32,000 bases of DNA from Mycolicibacterium smegmatis (GTDB taxonomy: Bacteria; Actinomycetota; Actinomycetes; Mycobacteriales; Mycobacteriaceae), in assembly GCF_001457595.1 (NCBI RefSeq), contig NZ_LN831039.1, forward strand, positions 4,590,001 through 4,622,000, read 5' to 3'. Made by a program: the position numbers and the translations under genes. Below are positions 1-15,053 of the stretch, piece after piece. The notes beneath the pieces were generated by a model, which was given only the letters and a program-made list of their open reading frames with translations, was not told where the DNA came from and did no database searches. The first letter of the stretch is position 1; each line of letters starts with the position of its first letter.

Positions 1-974
1 CAGATCGGCGGCCTCGCGCTGCACCGCGAGGCACTGCCGGCCCACGGATCGCGCCGGATCGAGCCGGATGCGCAGCGGAACGGTGTTGATGAACAGGCCG
101 ACCATGGACTCGACACCGGACAGTTCGTCGGGACGGCCCGACACGGTCACGCCGTACACCACGTCGGTGCGGTCGGTAAACGCCGAGAGGATTGCCGCCC
201 AGGCCATCTGGAACAGCGTGTTGACCGTGACACCCCGCGCGCGTGCGCCGTCGAAGATCTCCGCGGACGCCTGCTCGTCCAGCGTGACCTCGGTGCGTGC
301 GGGCAGTCCCGGTTCGGCCTCGCGGCCCGACAGCGCGGGCGACAGCAGTGTCGGGCCGTCCAGCCCGTCGAGGTGGGCGCGCCACCTCGCGCGGCTGGCG
401 TCGTGATCGCGCCCGGCGAGCCAGCCGATGTAATCACGGTATGGACGCGGCGCCGCGGGGAACACCGCGGTGTCGCCGTCGGCCGCGTACAGCGTGATGT
501 ACTCGCCCACGAACACGGGCAACGACCAGCCGTCGATCGCGATGTGGTGAGCCGTGACCACCAGACGCCAACGCTGCGCGGGCATCTCGATGAGCAGGAA
601 CCGGATGAGCGGTCCACGCCCGAGATCGAAACGGCGCGTGCGCTCCTCGGCCTCGATGGCAGCGGCGGCCTCGGCCGTGGGCGCGGTGACGTGCCGCCAC
701 GGGAGATCGACGGCCGTCGGCACCACCGCGACCGGGCGGGTCAGGTTGCCCTGGAAGAAACTCGCCCGCAGGTTGGGGTGGCGCACCAGCATCGCCTCGG
801 CGCACGACCGCAGCAGCGCCGGATCGACGGCACCCTCGATGTCAGCCGCCATCGCGATGACGTACGGGTCGGCACCCGTGTCCTCCTCGGTGAGCCCGGC
901 CAGCGAGTACAGGCCCTGCTGCAGCGGGCTCAGCGCCAGGACGTCCTCGATGCCCGGCGGGGTTCCGGTGGCGG

Positions 975-978
<4 letters not shown>
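1..978 (-). CDS. mbtF: Mycobactin NRPS MbtF, N-terminal part (condensation domain); runs off the left edge
   Basis: Reverse strand open from ATG at 978: MTATGTPPGIEDVLALSPLQQGL...; HHIAIDG condensation motif; ATGA overlap with the mbtE stop. The open-ended frame is not in the supplied ORF track. Confidence 0.88.
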
Positions 979-6426
<5,448 letters not shown>

Positions 6427-6434
<8 letters not shown>

Positions 6435-9420
6435 GCGAGAACGTTTCCTTTTCGGGTCTTTCGAGGTGCTCGATCAGCTCGGTGGCGGTCACTCCGCCGA
6501 GCAGGGTGGCCAACGGCACGGAGCGTCCGGTGGTCTTCTTGAGCTTCTTGCGCAGGTCGAGCGCCAGCAGTGAGTCGACGCCCAGGTCCAGCAGCGACGC
6601 GTCGAGGTCCAGACCCGTGGTGTCGGCCAGCTTGAGAACCGCAGCCAGCGCGATGCGTACCGCCGCACCCGTGTCGTGGTGCTCGGCATCGGCGGGTGGG
6701 CCCGCATCGCGGTGCTGCGCTGCGTGGGTGGCTTCCCGTCCGGTGCCGGTATCGGCATCGGTGCCGAGAAAAAGTGCGAGGCGCTGCGCGTCGGCGCTGA
6801 ACACCAGCGGGTCACCCGCAAAGTCCTGCAGCGCGGTGTCGACCGCCCGGTCAGGCGCCATGGCCCGCAGGCCCGAGCGTTCGACGCGCGTGATCTCGTC
6901 TGCGTCGATGATCCCCGCACCCGGCCACAGACCCCAGCGCACCGCGGTGCACCGGCGGCCCTCGGAGCGAAGCCGTTCCGCCATGACGTCGAGCAGACGG
7001 TTCGCGGCCGCGTACGCGGCGTGTCCGTGGCCGCCCCACAGCCCGGACACCGACGAGCACAGCAGGATTCGCGCGTCCGGCCGCACGGGCCACGCCGCGA
7101 GCACGTTCTCGATGCCCGCGAGTTTCGCGGTGAACGTGGCCTGCGCGGCCGCGCCGGTGAGTGCGGAGCCTGCCGCGATGGTTGCCGTCGCCGCGGCGTG
7201 CACGATCAGAGACGCACCCTGTCCACCGAATTCGGCGGCGACGTCGCGTACCCGTGGAATGTCGGTGAGATCGCAACGCGGCGCGACGATCTCGACGCCG
7301 AGAGGAAGCTCGTCCACGCGGTTCCCCTCGATCCCGTTGCGGCTCAACAGCACGATGCGCCGTGCGCCCAGCGCCGCGAGGCGTCGGGCGAACTGCAGTC
7401 CGACCGCGCCGGTACCGCCGGTGATCACGACGTCGTCCAGGACGCCGGTGGGCCACGGCGCTGCCGCGGCCGACGCGTCGCGCATACCGCGGCGCCACAG
7501 GGTTGTCCCGGGACCGTCGGCAACGTCACACCGCAGCGCGAGATCCGTGGTGCCCGTGACCATCGCGGCGACAGCGGTGACCGCGGCCTCGGTGTCCAGG
7601 CCCATCGGGACGTCGAGTTGCCGGAAGTTCTGGTCGGGGTGTTCGAAGGCGATGCTGCGGTGCATCGCGGCCACGGCCGCCCCGACGGGCAGTGACCCGT
7701 CCCGGTCCACCGGGACGTGCTCGCCGCGGCCGGTCACCAGCCACACGTCACGCGTGGTCTCGGTGAGCAGGTCGGGGTAGCGCAGCAGACCTTCGTCGAT
7801 GCGCCTGCCGAGTACCTCGGCCGCGACCACCGGATCGTTCTCGCCGATCATCGGTGCGACCACGACCAGCTTGTCGGCCTCGGCGGGTGCGACCACCTCG
7901 ACGCCCTCGATGCGCCGCGCCGCGTCACGCAGGTGGTCGGTGACAGCGCATCCCGGATCGAGTCCGACCACCGCGATGTGGTGGTGTCCGGACACGGCGG
8001 GCACCGCCACCGGATGCCATTGCTCGGCCGCGACCGTCAGACCCGTGACCGGCGGGAGGGGATCGGGTCGGGCCCAGAGGTGTTCGGCGCGCATGGGCGC
8101 GAACGGGAAGTCGGGCAGGACGGCAAGGCTGTCGCCGAGTTGGTCGCTCCAGCGGTATCCCGTGTCGGCCAGCGCGACCGTGATGACGTTGTCGGCGAGG
8201 CGCTCCGGCAGGGGTTCGTCACGCCTGCCGGATCCGACGAGCACCACGCCGCGGGTGGACTCGAGCAACTCGCCCATGTTGAACAACAGCGCGGGATGTG
8301 CCGAGAGTTCGACGAAGATGCGGGCCCCGCGCCGGGCGGCGCGTGCGACCGCCTGATCGAACCGCACGGTGGTGCGCAGGTTCGTGTACCAGTAGTCGGC
8401 GAAATCCGTTCCCGCCGTGACGACATCGGCCGTGGCCGAGCCGATGAACTGCACGGGCGTCTCGGCGAACCGCCCGGCAGGCAGCAGGGCGTCGAGGTCG
8501 GCGCGCACACCGTCGAGCGCGGTGGTGTGCGCGGGGAACCACATCTCGATCTCCCTGGCGAACGCACCGCGTGCGGCGACCGTGCGCACGGCGGCGGCCA
8601 CGGCGTCGGTCTCCCCCGACACCGCGACCGACGACGGTGAGTTCACCACGGAAAGCTCGAGCCAGCCCGGGGTTTCGGCGATCACTTCGGCTGCCTGCTC
8701 CGGTGTGATGCCGAGTACCGCGACGCGGTACGGGCCGGTGAGCCGGTCGAGCACCGTCGCGCGGGCGATGACGATCGCGACCGCCTCGGGCAGGGTGATG
8801 GCCCCGGCGACATAGGCCGCGCCGATCTCGCCGAGGCTGTGGCCCACCGTGATGTCGGGCACCACCCCGTAGGACCGCCAGACCCGCGCGAGTGCGACGC
8901 CGTGCACGAACTGGGCGCCCTGGATCTGCACCTGCGAGAAGTCGTTGGTGCTGACGCCGGAATCCGGGTCGGCGAGCAGGTAGTCCAGCGGTGAGGCCGC
9001 ACCGGCCGCGTCGAACGCGGCGGCGCAGCGGTCCACCTCGGCGCGGTACTCGTCGAGTCGGTAGGCCTCGACGCCCATCGACGGCCACTGGCTGCCCTGG
9101 CCGGGGAACACGAACGCGACGCGGCGCCGCGAACCGGGCTGCGGCGCCGCGGCTCTCGTCACGAGCGGATGGTCGACGCCGTCGGCGAGCGCCCGCAGTC
9201 CCGCGGTGAGTTCGTCGAGGCCCCCGGCCCGGATCACGGCGCGGTGCCTGCGCAGGCGGCGGGTGCGCAGCAGCGTGTGCGCCACGTCGGACGGCGCGGT
9301 GTCACCCCTGCCTTCGAGGTACCGCAGGATCGCCGCCGCGTCGTGGGTGATCAGATCCTCGGCGTGTGCGCTGAGCACGATCGGCACGCGCGCGTCGGAC
9401 AACGTTCCGTCGGTCATCAC
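6427..9420 (-). CDS. mbtD: Mycobactin polyketide synthase MbtD (AT-KR-ACP)
   Basis: 997 aa; AT motifs VFPGQGSQW and GHSLGE; KR motif ITGGTGAVGLQFARRL and SSVSG...AAYAAAN; ACP motif LDLGVDSLLALDLR. Start is GTG 9420 or ATG 9417. Confidence 0.92.
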
Positions 9421-10718
9421 GCGGCCTCCGGGATCGCGACGATCGCGTGCGCGTTGGTGCCGCTCATCCCGAACGCCGACACCGCCGCGATGCGTTCACC
9501 GCCGACCGCGGGCCACGGCGTGAGCTTGGTGGCCAGGCGCAGTCCCTGCGCTTCCCAGTCGATCTCGCCACTGGGCTGGTCGACGTGCAGGGTCGCCGGG
9601 ATCGCCGCACGTCGCCCGGCGAGCAGCACCTTGGCCAGCCCGAGTCCGCCCGCGGCGGCCTGTGCGTGGCCCACGTTCGATTTCACCGAGCCCAGCACGG
9701 CACCCGCACCGGGGGCGGTGGCGCCGTAGGTCTGTGCGAGCGAGCGCAGTTCGGTGCGGTCGCCCAGTCGGGTCCCGGTGCCGTGGCCTTCGATCATCCC
9801 GACGTCCTCGGGGCGGATCCCGGCCCGGTCGATGGACTTGCGGAACAGGCGTTCCTGCGCCGCACCGCTGGGCGCGGTGAGCCCGGTGGTGCGTCCGTCC
9901 TGGTTGAGTGCGGTGGCACGGATCTCGGCCAGGATGCGGCGGCCGTCGCGCACTGCGGCGGATCGGCGTTGCAGGACGAACATCGCCGCGCCCTCGGCCC
10001 AGACCGTGCCGCTCGCGTGGGCGCTGTAGGGGCGGCAGTGGCCGTCGTCGGACAGTGCGTGCTGTTTGGAGAATTCGACGAAGTACCCCGGTGAGCCCAT
10101 CACGCACACCGCGCCGGTCACCGCCAGATCGCAGTCTCCCGCGCGCAGCGCGCCGACCGCGGTGTGCAACGCGGTGAGCGCCGACGAGCACGAGGTGTCG
10201 ACCGTGACGGCGGGCCCGGCCAGGTCCAGCGTGTATGCGATGCGGCCGGCGATGACCCCGAGCGAGGTCCCGGTGATGAGATGCCCGCTGTGGTGGGAGA
10301 ACTCGGAAAGCGGCGGGCCGTACTCCAGGCCGGAGGCGCCGATGTAGCAGCCGGCGTCGTGGCCGGCGAGATCGTCGGGGTTGATCCCGCTGTTCTCCAG
10401 CGCCCGCCACGCGACGCGCAACGCGACGCGTTGCTGCGGATCCATGGCGACGGCCTCGCGCGGCGAGATGCCGAAGAACGCCGGATCGAATTCACCCGCA
10501 CCGGACAGGAAGCCGCCCAGATCGTTGATGGGCTTGAAGCCGTCGCGGCGGGAGCCGTCGAACAGTGCCCCGATGTCCCAGCCACGGTCGCGCGGGAACC
10601 GCCCGAGTGCCTCGCGTTCCTCGGTGAGCAGCGTCCAGTAGTCGTCGGCGGTCGTGACCCCGCCGGGGGCCTCGAGCGCCATCCCGACGATGACGACCGG
10701 GTCCTCACCAGAGCTCAT
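9417..10718 (-). CDS. mbtC: Stand-alone beta-ketoacyl synthase MbtC
   Basis: KS motifs VDTSCSSALTALHTA, EGHGTGTRLGD, KSNVGHAQAAAG. The track ORF extends to 10769, but ATG at 10718 (MSSGEDPVVIVGMALEAPGG) is the natural start. Confidence 0.92.
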   Translation of the reverse strand: MSSGEDPVVIVGMALEAPGGVTTADDYWTLLTEEREALGRFPRDRGWDIGALFDGSRRDGFKPINDLGGFLSGAGEFDPAFFGISPREAVAMDPQQRVALRVAWRALENSGINPDDLAGHDAGCYIGASGLEYGPPLSEFSHHSGHLITGTSLGVIAGRIAYTLDLAGPAVTVDTSCSSALTALHTAVGALRAGDCDLAVTGAVCVMGSPGYFVEFSKQHALSDDGHCRPYSAHASGTVWAEGAAMFVLQRRSAAVRDGRRILAEIRATALNQDGRTTGLTAPSGAAQERLFRKSIDRAGIRPEDVGMIEGHGTGTRLGDRTELRSLAQTYGATAPGAGAVLGSVKSNVGHAQAAAGGLGLAKVLLAGRRAAIPATLHVDQPSGEIDWEAQGLRLATKLTPWPAVGGERIAAVSAFGMSGTNAHAIVAIPEAA

Positions 10719-11451
10719 TGACCAGCTCCGCGACGTCGTCGGTGTAGTCGTTGATGTAGAAGTGCCCACCGTCGAACATCGACAGCGTGAACGCCCCTTC
10801 GGTGTGGATCTGCCAGCCGCGCAGCATGTCCTCGCTGATGCGGTGGTCCTGTTCCCCGCCGAGGGCGTGGATGTCGGCCGCGATCGTCACGCCCTGATCG
10901 CACGAGTACCGGTTGAACGCCTCGTAGTCGGCGCGCACTGCCGTGAGCAGCAGCTCCACGAAGTCGTCGTCGGCCAGCAGCTGCGGGTCGGTGCCGCCGA
11001 GGTCCACCATCTCGGCGATGATCTCGGACTCCCCCATCGGCAACGCCGGGGATGCGGCGACCGCGGACGGCGCCTCGCTCGCCGAAACCCAGAGCGCCTC
11101 CACCGCAACGCCGTTGCGTTCGGCGACACGGGCGAACTCGAAGGCCACGACCGCGCCCATGCAGTGGCCGAACAGACACAGCGGCCCGAGCCGTGTCCAG
11201 TCGCCCGCCTCGAAGAGGTCACGTGCCAGGTCGCCGACCGTGGCCGGCGCGGGATGCGACAGCCGGTCGCCGCGGCGCGGGTACTGCATGACGTAGGCGT
11301 CGGAGCCGGCCTCGGCCAGCGCGAGTGCGAAGGGCCGGTACGCCAGGGCCGCACCGCCGGCGTGCGGGAACACCAGTGTGGGCCCGCTGGCGGTGTTTTC
11401 GGCTGGATACCTCTTGATCCAGGATTCGAGCGAGACCTCGGTGCCCGTCAC
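10705..11451 (-). CDS. mbtT: Type II thioesterase MbtT, GTG start
   Basis: 248 aa; LVFPHAGGAALAYRPFA, FGHCMGAVVAFEFA and C-terminal GGHFYI are typical type II thioesterase motifs; embedded between mbtB and mbtC. In GHCMG the usual nucleophilic Ser is replaced by Cys. Confidence 0.88.
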   Translation of the reverse strand: MTGTEVSLESWIKRYPAENTASGPTLVFPHAGGAALAYRPFALALAEAGSDAYVMQYPRRGDRLSHPAPATVGDLARDLFEAGDWTRLGPLCLFGHCMGAVVAFEFARVAERNGVAVEALWVSASEAPSAVAASPALPMGESEIIAEMVDLGGTDPQLLADDDFVELLLTAVRADYEAFNRYSCDQGVTIAADIHALGGEQDHRISEDMLRGWQIHTEGAFTLSMFDGGHFYINDYTDDVAELVNELW

Positions 11452-14400
11452 GATGTCGCGGCGGTGTCGAGTGCGGACATCACTGCGGCGTCATCCATCG
11501 CGGCGACCTCCAGATAGAGTTCGGCGACTTGTTCGAGGCGGCTGCCGTCGGCCTCCCTGGCGACCAGACGGCTCGCGAGTTTCTCGACCGTGCGGGTGGC
11601 GAAGATGTCGGGCACCATCACGGTCGGGGTGTCCAGCCAATCGCGGATCCGTGCGACCGCCGCGGTCGCGAGCACGGAATCTCCGCCCAGTTCGAAGAAG
11701 TCCTCGTCGGCGCCGACATCGGCCACCGAGAGCAGTTCACCCAGGATCGCCGCGAGAGCACGCTCCAAGCTGGTCTCGGGTCGCCGTGCGGTGCCGCGCC
11801 CACCAGCCTGCGCCTGTTCGACGGCCTCGGCGAGCAGACGCGCAACCGCACGCCGATCGGTCTTGCCGCCGACGGTGAACGGCACCTTTCCGGTGAGTTC
11901 GAAGTGCCGCGGAACCATGTGCGGCGGAAGCAGTTCCGCCAGACCTGCCCGCAGGTCGGCGTCGGTCACCGAGGTGTCGTCGAGCCCGACGACGGCGGCC
12001 AGCAGGTCACCGGCAGGGGTGTCCACGATGTCGGCGACCGCGGCATGCACACCGGGAAGGCGCTGCAGTGCGGCCTCGACCTCGCCCAGTTCGATGCGGT
12101 AGCCGCTGAGCTTGACGCGGTGGTCGGCGCGACCGACGAATTCCAGTGTGCCGTCCGGCCAGTAGCGTGCCAGGTCTCCGGTGCGGTACCAGCGGCGGCC
12201 GCACCAGGTGACGAACTTCTCGGCGGTCAGGTCGGGCTTGCCGCGGTAGCCGCGGGCGATCCCGCGACCGCCGATCCACAGTTCACCGGGCACCCAGTCG
12301 GGGCAGTCCTGTCCCGCGGCGTTGACCACGCGGCACGCGTTGTTAGGGAACGGCGCGCCGTACGGCACCGCCGTCCAGTGCTCGGGCAGCTCCTTGGCCT
12401 CGAAAAGCGTCGCGTGGATCGCGGTTTCGGTCGCCCCGCCCAGACCCGTCAACACCACGCCCGGTGACAACTGCTGCAGCTTGCGCACCATGGTGGTGCG
12501 CACCCAGTCACCCCCAGTGGGCACGGCGCGCAGTGAGGGCATGGATGTCCTTGTCGACCATGCGGTTTCGACCAGCATCTCCAGCGATCCGGGCAGGAAG
12601 TTCAGCGTCGTGACACCGTGGGCGTTGATCTGGGCGACCCAGTGATCGGGATTGCGCCGGTCGGCCTCGTCGACCATCACGATGGCGCCACCTGCGGCCA
12701 GCGTGCCGAACACGTCGAGCACCGACAGGTCCGATTCCAGATGGGTCAGCGCCAGCACGCTGTCGTCGGGTCCGGTGCCGAAGTAGGTGTTGAGCGTCTC
12801 GACGGTGTTCATCGCGGCGTCGTGGGTGACCTCGACGCCCTTGGGCTCGCCCGTCGAACCGGACGTGAACAGCACGTAGGCCAGGTCGTCGGGCGCAGCG
12901 GAGACCGGTTCGACCGTCTCGTGGCGCCGGCCCACCAGGACGGCCTCGGTGACCGTCAGCGCGGGCAGCCATGTCGGGGTGGCGTCTGCGCAGAACAGTG
13001 CCATGCGGACGCCGGCGTCGGCGAGCATGCGTTCGGCGCGGTCGGTGGGCTGGTCGACACCGACCGGCACGTACACCGCACCGGCAGCCAGGATGCCCAG
13101 CAGCGCCGGAATCTGGTCGGGCCCTTTGGGTCCCATCACCGCGACGCTCTCACCGCGGCGCACACCCGCGACACGCAGGGCCGTCGCGACGGCCAATGCC
13201 TGCTCGCGCAGTTCGGCGTAGGTCAGCGGGCCTTTCGACCCGATCAGGGCCACGGCGCCGGGGCGCATCGCGGCCTGTTCGAAGAAGCCGTCGTGCAGTG
13301 CGCGTCCGCTCGGCGGGGCGGACCTCGCGTTCACCGCGTCACGCACATCGCGCTGGGACTGCGGCAGCAGCGGCGGCGACGGGATGTCCCACGCGGTGTC
13401 GTCGGTGGCGAGCCTGCGCAACTCGGCGATGTGGCGCGCGAACATCGCGTCGATCACGCCGGGGCGGAAGGCGTCCTCGCGCACGTCCCAGTTCACCAGC
13501 ACGCCGCCGTCGAACTCGGTGACCTGCGCGTCGAGCAGCACCTGCGGGCCCTGCGAGTTGATCCACACCGGCTTGCCGAACGCATCGGTCACCTCGGTGG
13601 CGAACAGCTCGCCGAGGCCGAGCGCGCTCGTGTACACCACCGGCGCGATGACCTGGGTGCCGCGGTGACGCCCGAGATCACGCAGCACCGACAAACCCGG
13701 GTAGTTCGCGTGCCCGGCAGCGGCGCGGAAAGTGTCCTGCACGACCTTGGCGCGTTGCGTGGGCGTCGTCGTATCGGTCAGGTCGATGTCGAGCAGCAGC
13801 GACGACGTGAAGTCGCCGATGATCTTGTCGACGTCGGGATGACGCTGCTCGCGCCCGAACAGGGGCACGTTGAGCAGGAAGCGCTGATCGGCAGACCATC
13901 CCGCGAGCACCTCGGCGAACGAGGCCGCCAACGCCATGGCGGGCGTGATGCCCCGCTTGCGGGCCGCGGCGAACAGTGCGTCGCGTGTCTGCGGATCCAG
14001 CCAGTGGTGCCTGCGGGTGGTGTGGTGCGGGTCGGCCTGCTCGGCGACCGGCACCAGCGGCAGCCGCGGCGGATCGGGCAGATCGGGGATCCGCTCGGCC
14101 CACCACTTCTGGTCGGCGTCGCGTGCGGGGCCGCCCTCGGGAGTCTCGAGCCGGTACTCGCGGTAGGTGTAACCCAGCGCGGGCAGCGAGGTGCCCGAGT
14201 TGTACAGCGCGGCCAGGTCGGCCATCAGCGTGCGGTAGCTCATGGCGTCACCGGCCTGCATGTCGAGGTCGACGTGCAGGCGCGTGGCCCCACTCGGCAG
14301 CAAAGACAGTGTCAGCTCGAAGACCTCACCCTGCAACTGCTGATGCGACTTGGCCCGCTGGATCTCCGACAGACGCCGTGCCACCTCGTCGGGTGTGGCG

Positions 14401-14957
14401 GCCCGCAAATCCTCGACGGTGACCGGAAATTCGTTCGCCGGCGCGCCGATGCGCTGCGTGCCGTCGGGCAGGAACTCCACCCGCAGCATGGGGTGACGCT
14501 CGGCCAGCGCGGTCGCCGCGCGCCGCAGCCGCTCGGGGTCCACGCCCGTGCCGTCGAACTCGACGTAGAGATGCCCCGCGACCCCGCCGAGCTGCTGGTC
14601 CTCTTCGCGGCCCACCCACATCGCGTGCTGCATGGGGGCCAGCGGGAACGGTGCACCGGCCTGCTCGCCGGTCTCGGAGGGACGTGAGTTCGCGTGCGCC
14701 GACGACGCCTTGGAATCCGCCGAACGCGCGGCGATCAGCCGGGCCCAGTCGGACACGGTGGGATTGGCGGCCAGCGTCGCGAAATCGATGTCGATGCCCT
14801 GCTGACGCCAACGCCCGGCCAGCGACATCATTCGGATAGAGTCCAGGCCCTGTCCGATCAGATCGGCGTCGGGGTCGACGGCTTCGCTACCGATGCCGAG
14901 CAGATCGGCCACGGCCCCTCTGATCGTCTGCGAGTTCGCACCAGCGACGTCGCCCAT
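11448..14957 (-). CDS. mbtB: Mycobactin NRPS MbtB (aryl carrier - heterocyclization - adenylation - PCP)
   Basis: 1169 aa; N-terminal carrier motif LIGQGLDSIRMM, cyclization motif DMQAGDAMS (DxxxxDxxS), adenylation motif YVLFTSGSTGEPKGVEV, C-terminal carrier DFFELGGDSVLA. GGGAGG RBS at 14962-14967 (minus). Confidence 0.93.
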   Translation of the reverse strand: MGDVAGANSQTIRGAVADLLGIGSEAVDPDADLIGQGLDSIRMMSLAGRWRQQGIDIDFATLAANPTVSDWARLIAARSADSKASSAHANSRPSETGEQAGAPFPLAPMQHAMWVGREEDQQLGGVAGHLYVEFDGTGVDPERLRRAATALAERHPMLRVEFLPDGTQRIGAPANEFPVTVEDLRAATPDEVARRLSEIQRAKSHQQLQGEVFELTLSLLPSGATRLHVDLDMQAGDAMSYRTLMADLAALYNSGTSLPALGYTYREYRLETPEGGPARDADQKWWAERIPDLPDPPRLPLVPVAEQADPHHTTRRHHWLDPQTRDALFAAARKRGITPAMALAASFAEVLAGWSADQRFLLNVPLFGREQRHPDVDKIIGDFTSSLLLDIDLTDTTTPTQRAKVVQDTFRAAAGHANYPGLSVLRDLGRHRGTQVIAPVVYTSALGLGELFATEVTDAFGKPVWINSQGPQVLLDAQVTEFDGGVLVNWDVREDAFRPGVIDAMFARHIAELRRLATDDTAWDIPSPPLLPQSQRDVRDAVNARSAPPSGRALHDGFFEQAAMRPGAVALIGSKGPLTYAELREQALAVATALRVAGVRRGESVAVMGPKGPDQIPALLGILAAGAVYVPVGVDQPTDRAERMLADAGVRMALFCADATPTWLPALTVTEAVLVGRRHETVEPVSAAPDDLAYVLFTSGSTGEPKGVEVTHDAAMNTVETLNTYFGTGPDDSVLALTHLESDLSVLDVFGTLAAGGAIVMVDEADRRNPDHWVAQINAHGVTTLNFLPGSLEMLVETAWSTRTSMPSLRAVPTGGDWVRTTMVRKLQQLSPGVVLTGLGGATETAIHATLFEAKELPEHWTAVPYGAPFPNNACRVVNAAGQDCPDWVPGELWIGGRGIARGYRGKPDLTAEKFVTWCGRRWYRTGDLARYWPDGTLEFVGRADHRVKLSGYRIELGEVEAALQRLPGVHAAVADIVDTPAGDLLAAVVGLDDTSVTDADLRAGLAELLPPHMVPRHFELTGKVPFTVGGKTDRRAVARLLAEAVEQAQAGGRGTARRPETSLERALAAILGELLSVADVGADEDFFELGGDSVLATAAVARIRDWLDTPTVMVPDIFATRTVEKLASRLVAREADGSRLEQVAELYLEVAAMDDAAVMSALDTAATS

Positions 14958-14975
14958 ATGGCCTCCCGAACACGA

Positions 14976-14994
14976 TTAGCACAGGCTGTCCTAA
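14976..14994. promoter_or_regulatory. Candidate IdeR (iron) box 1 between mbtB and mbtA
   Basis: TTAGCACAGGCTGTCCTAA matches the consensus TTAGGTTAGGCTAACCTAA at 14/19 positions by hand count. Confidence 0.8.
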
Positions 14995-14995
14995 C

Positions 14996-15014
14996 TTCGT
15001 GGAGGCTACCCTAT
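14996..15014. promoter_or_regulatory. Candidate IdeR (iron) box 2, tandem to box 1
   Basis: TTCGTGGAGGCTACCCTAT matches the consensus at 13/19 positions; centre is 20 bp from the centre of box 1. Confidence 0.6.
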
Positions 15015-15053
15015 ATTCGGGTGACCGATTTCGCCTACCCCCGAGGTCCAGCC

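Noticed and set aside
14694-15053. Upstream extension of the 678-aa mbtA track ORF
   Set aside because: It runs antisense to the mbtB 5' end and across the IdeR boxes. The conserved MbtA sequence begins only after the GTG starts at 15021/15054.
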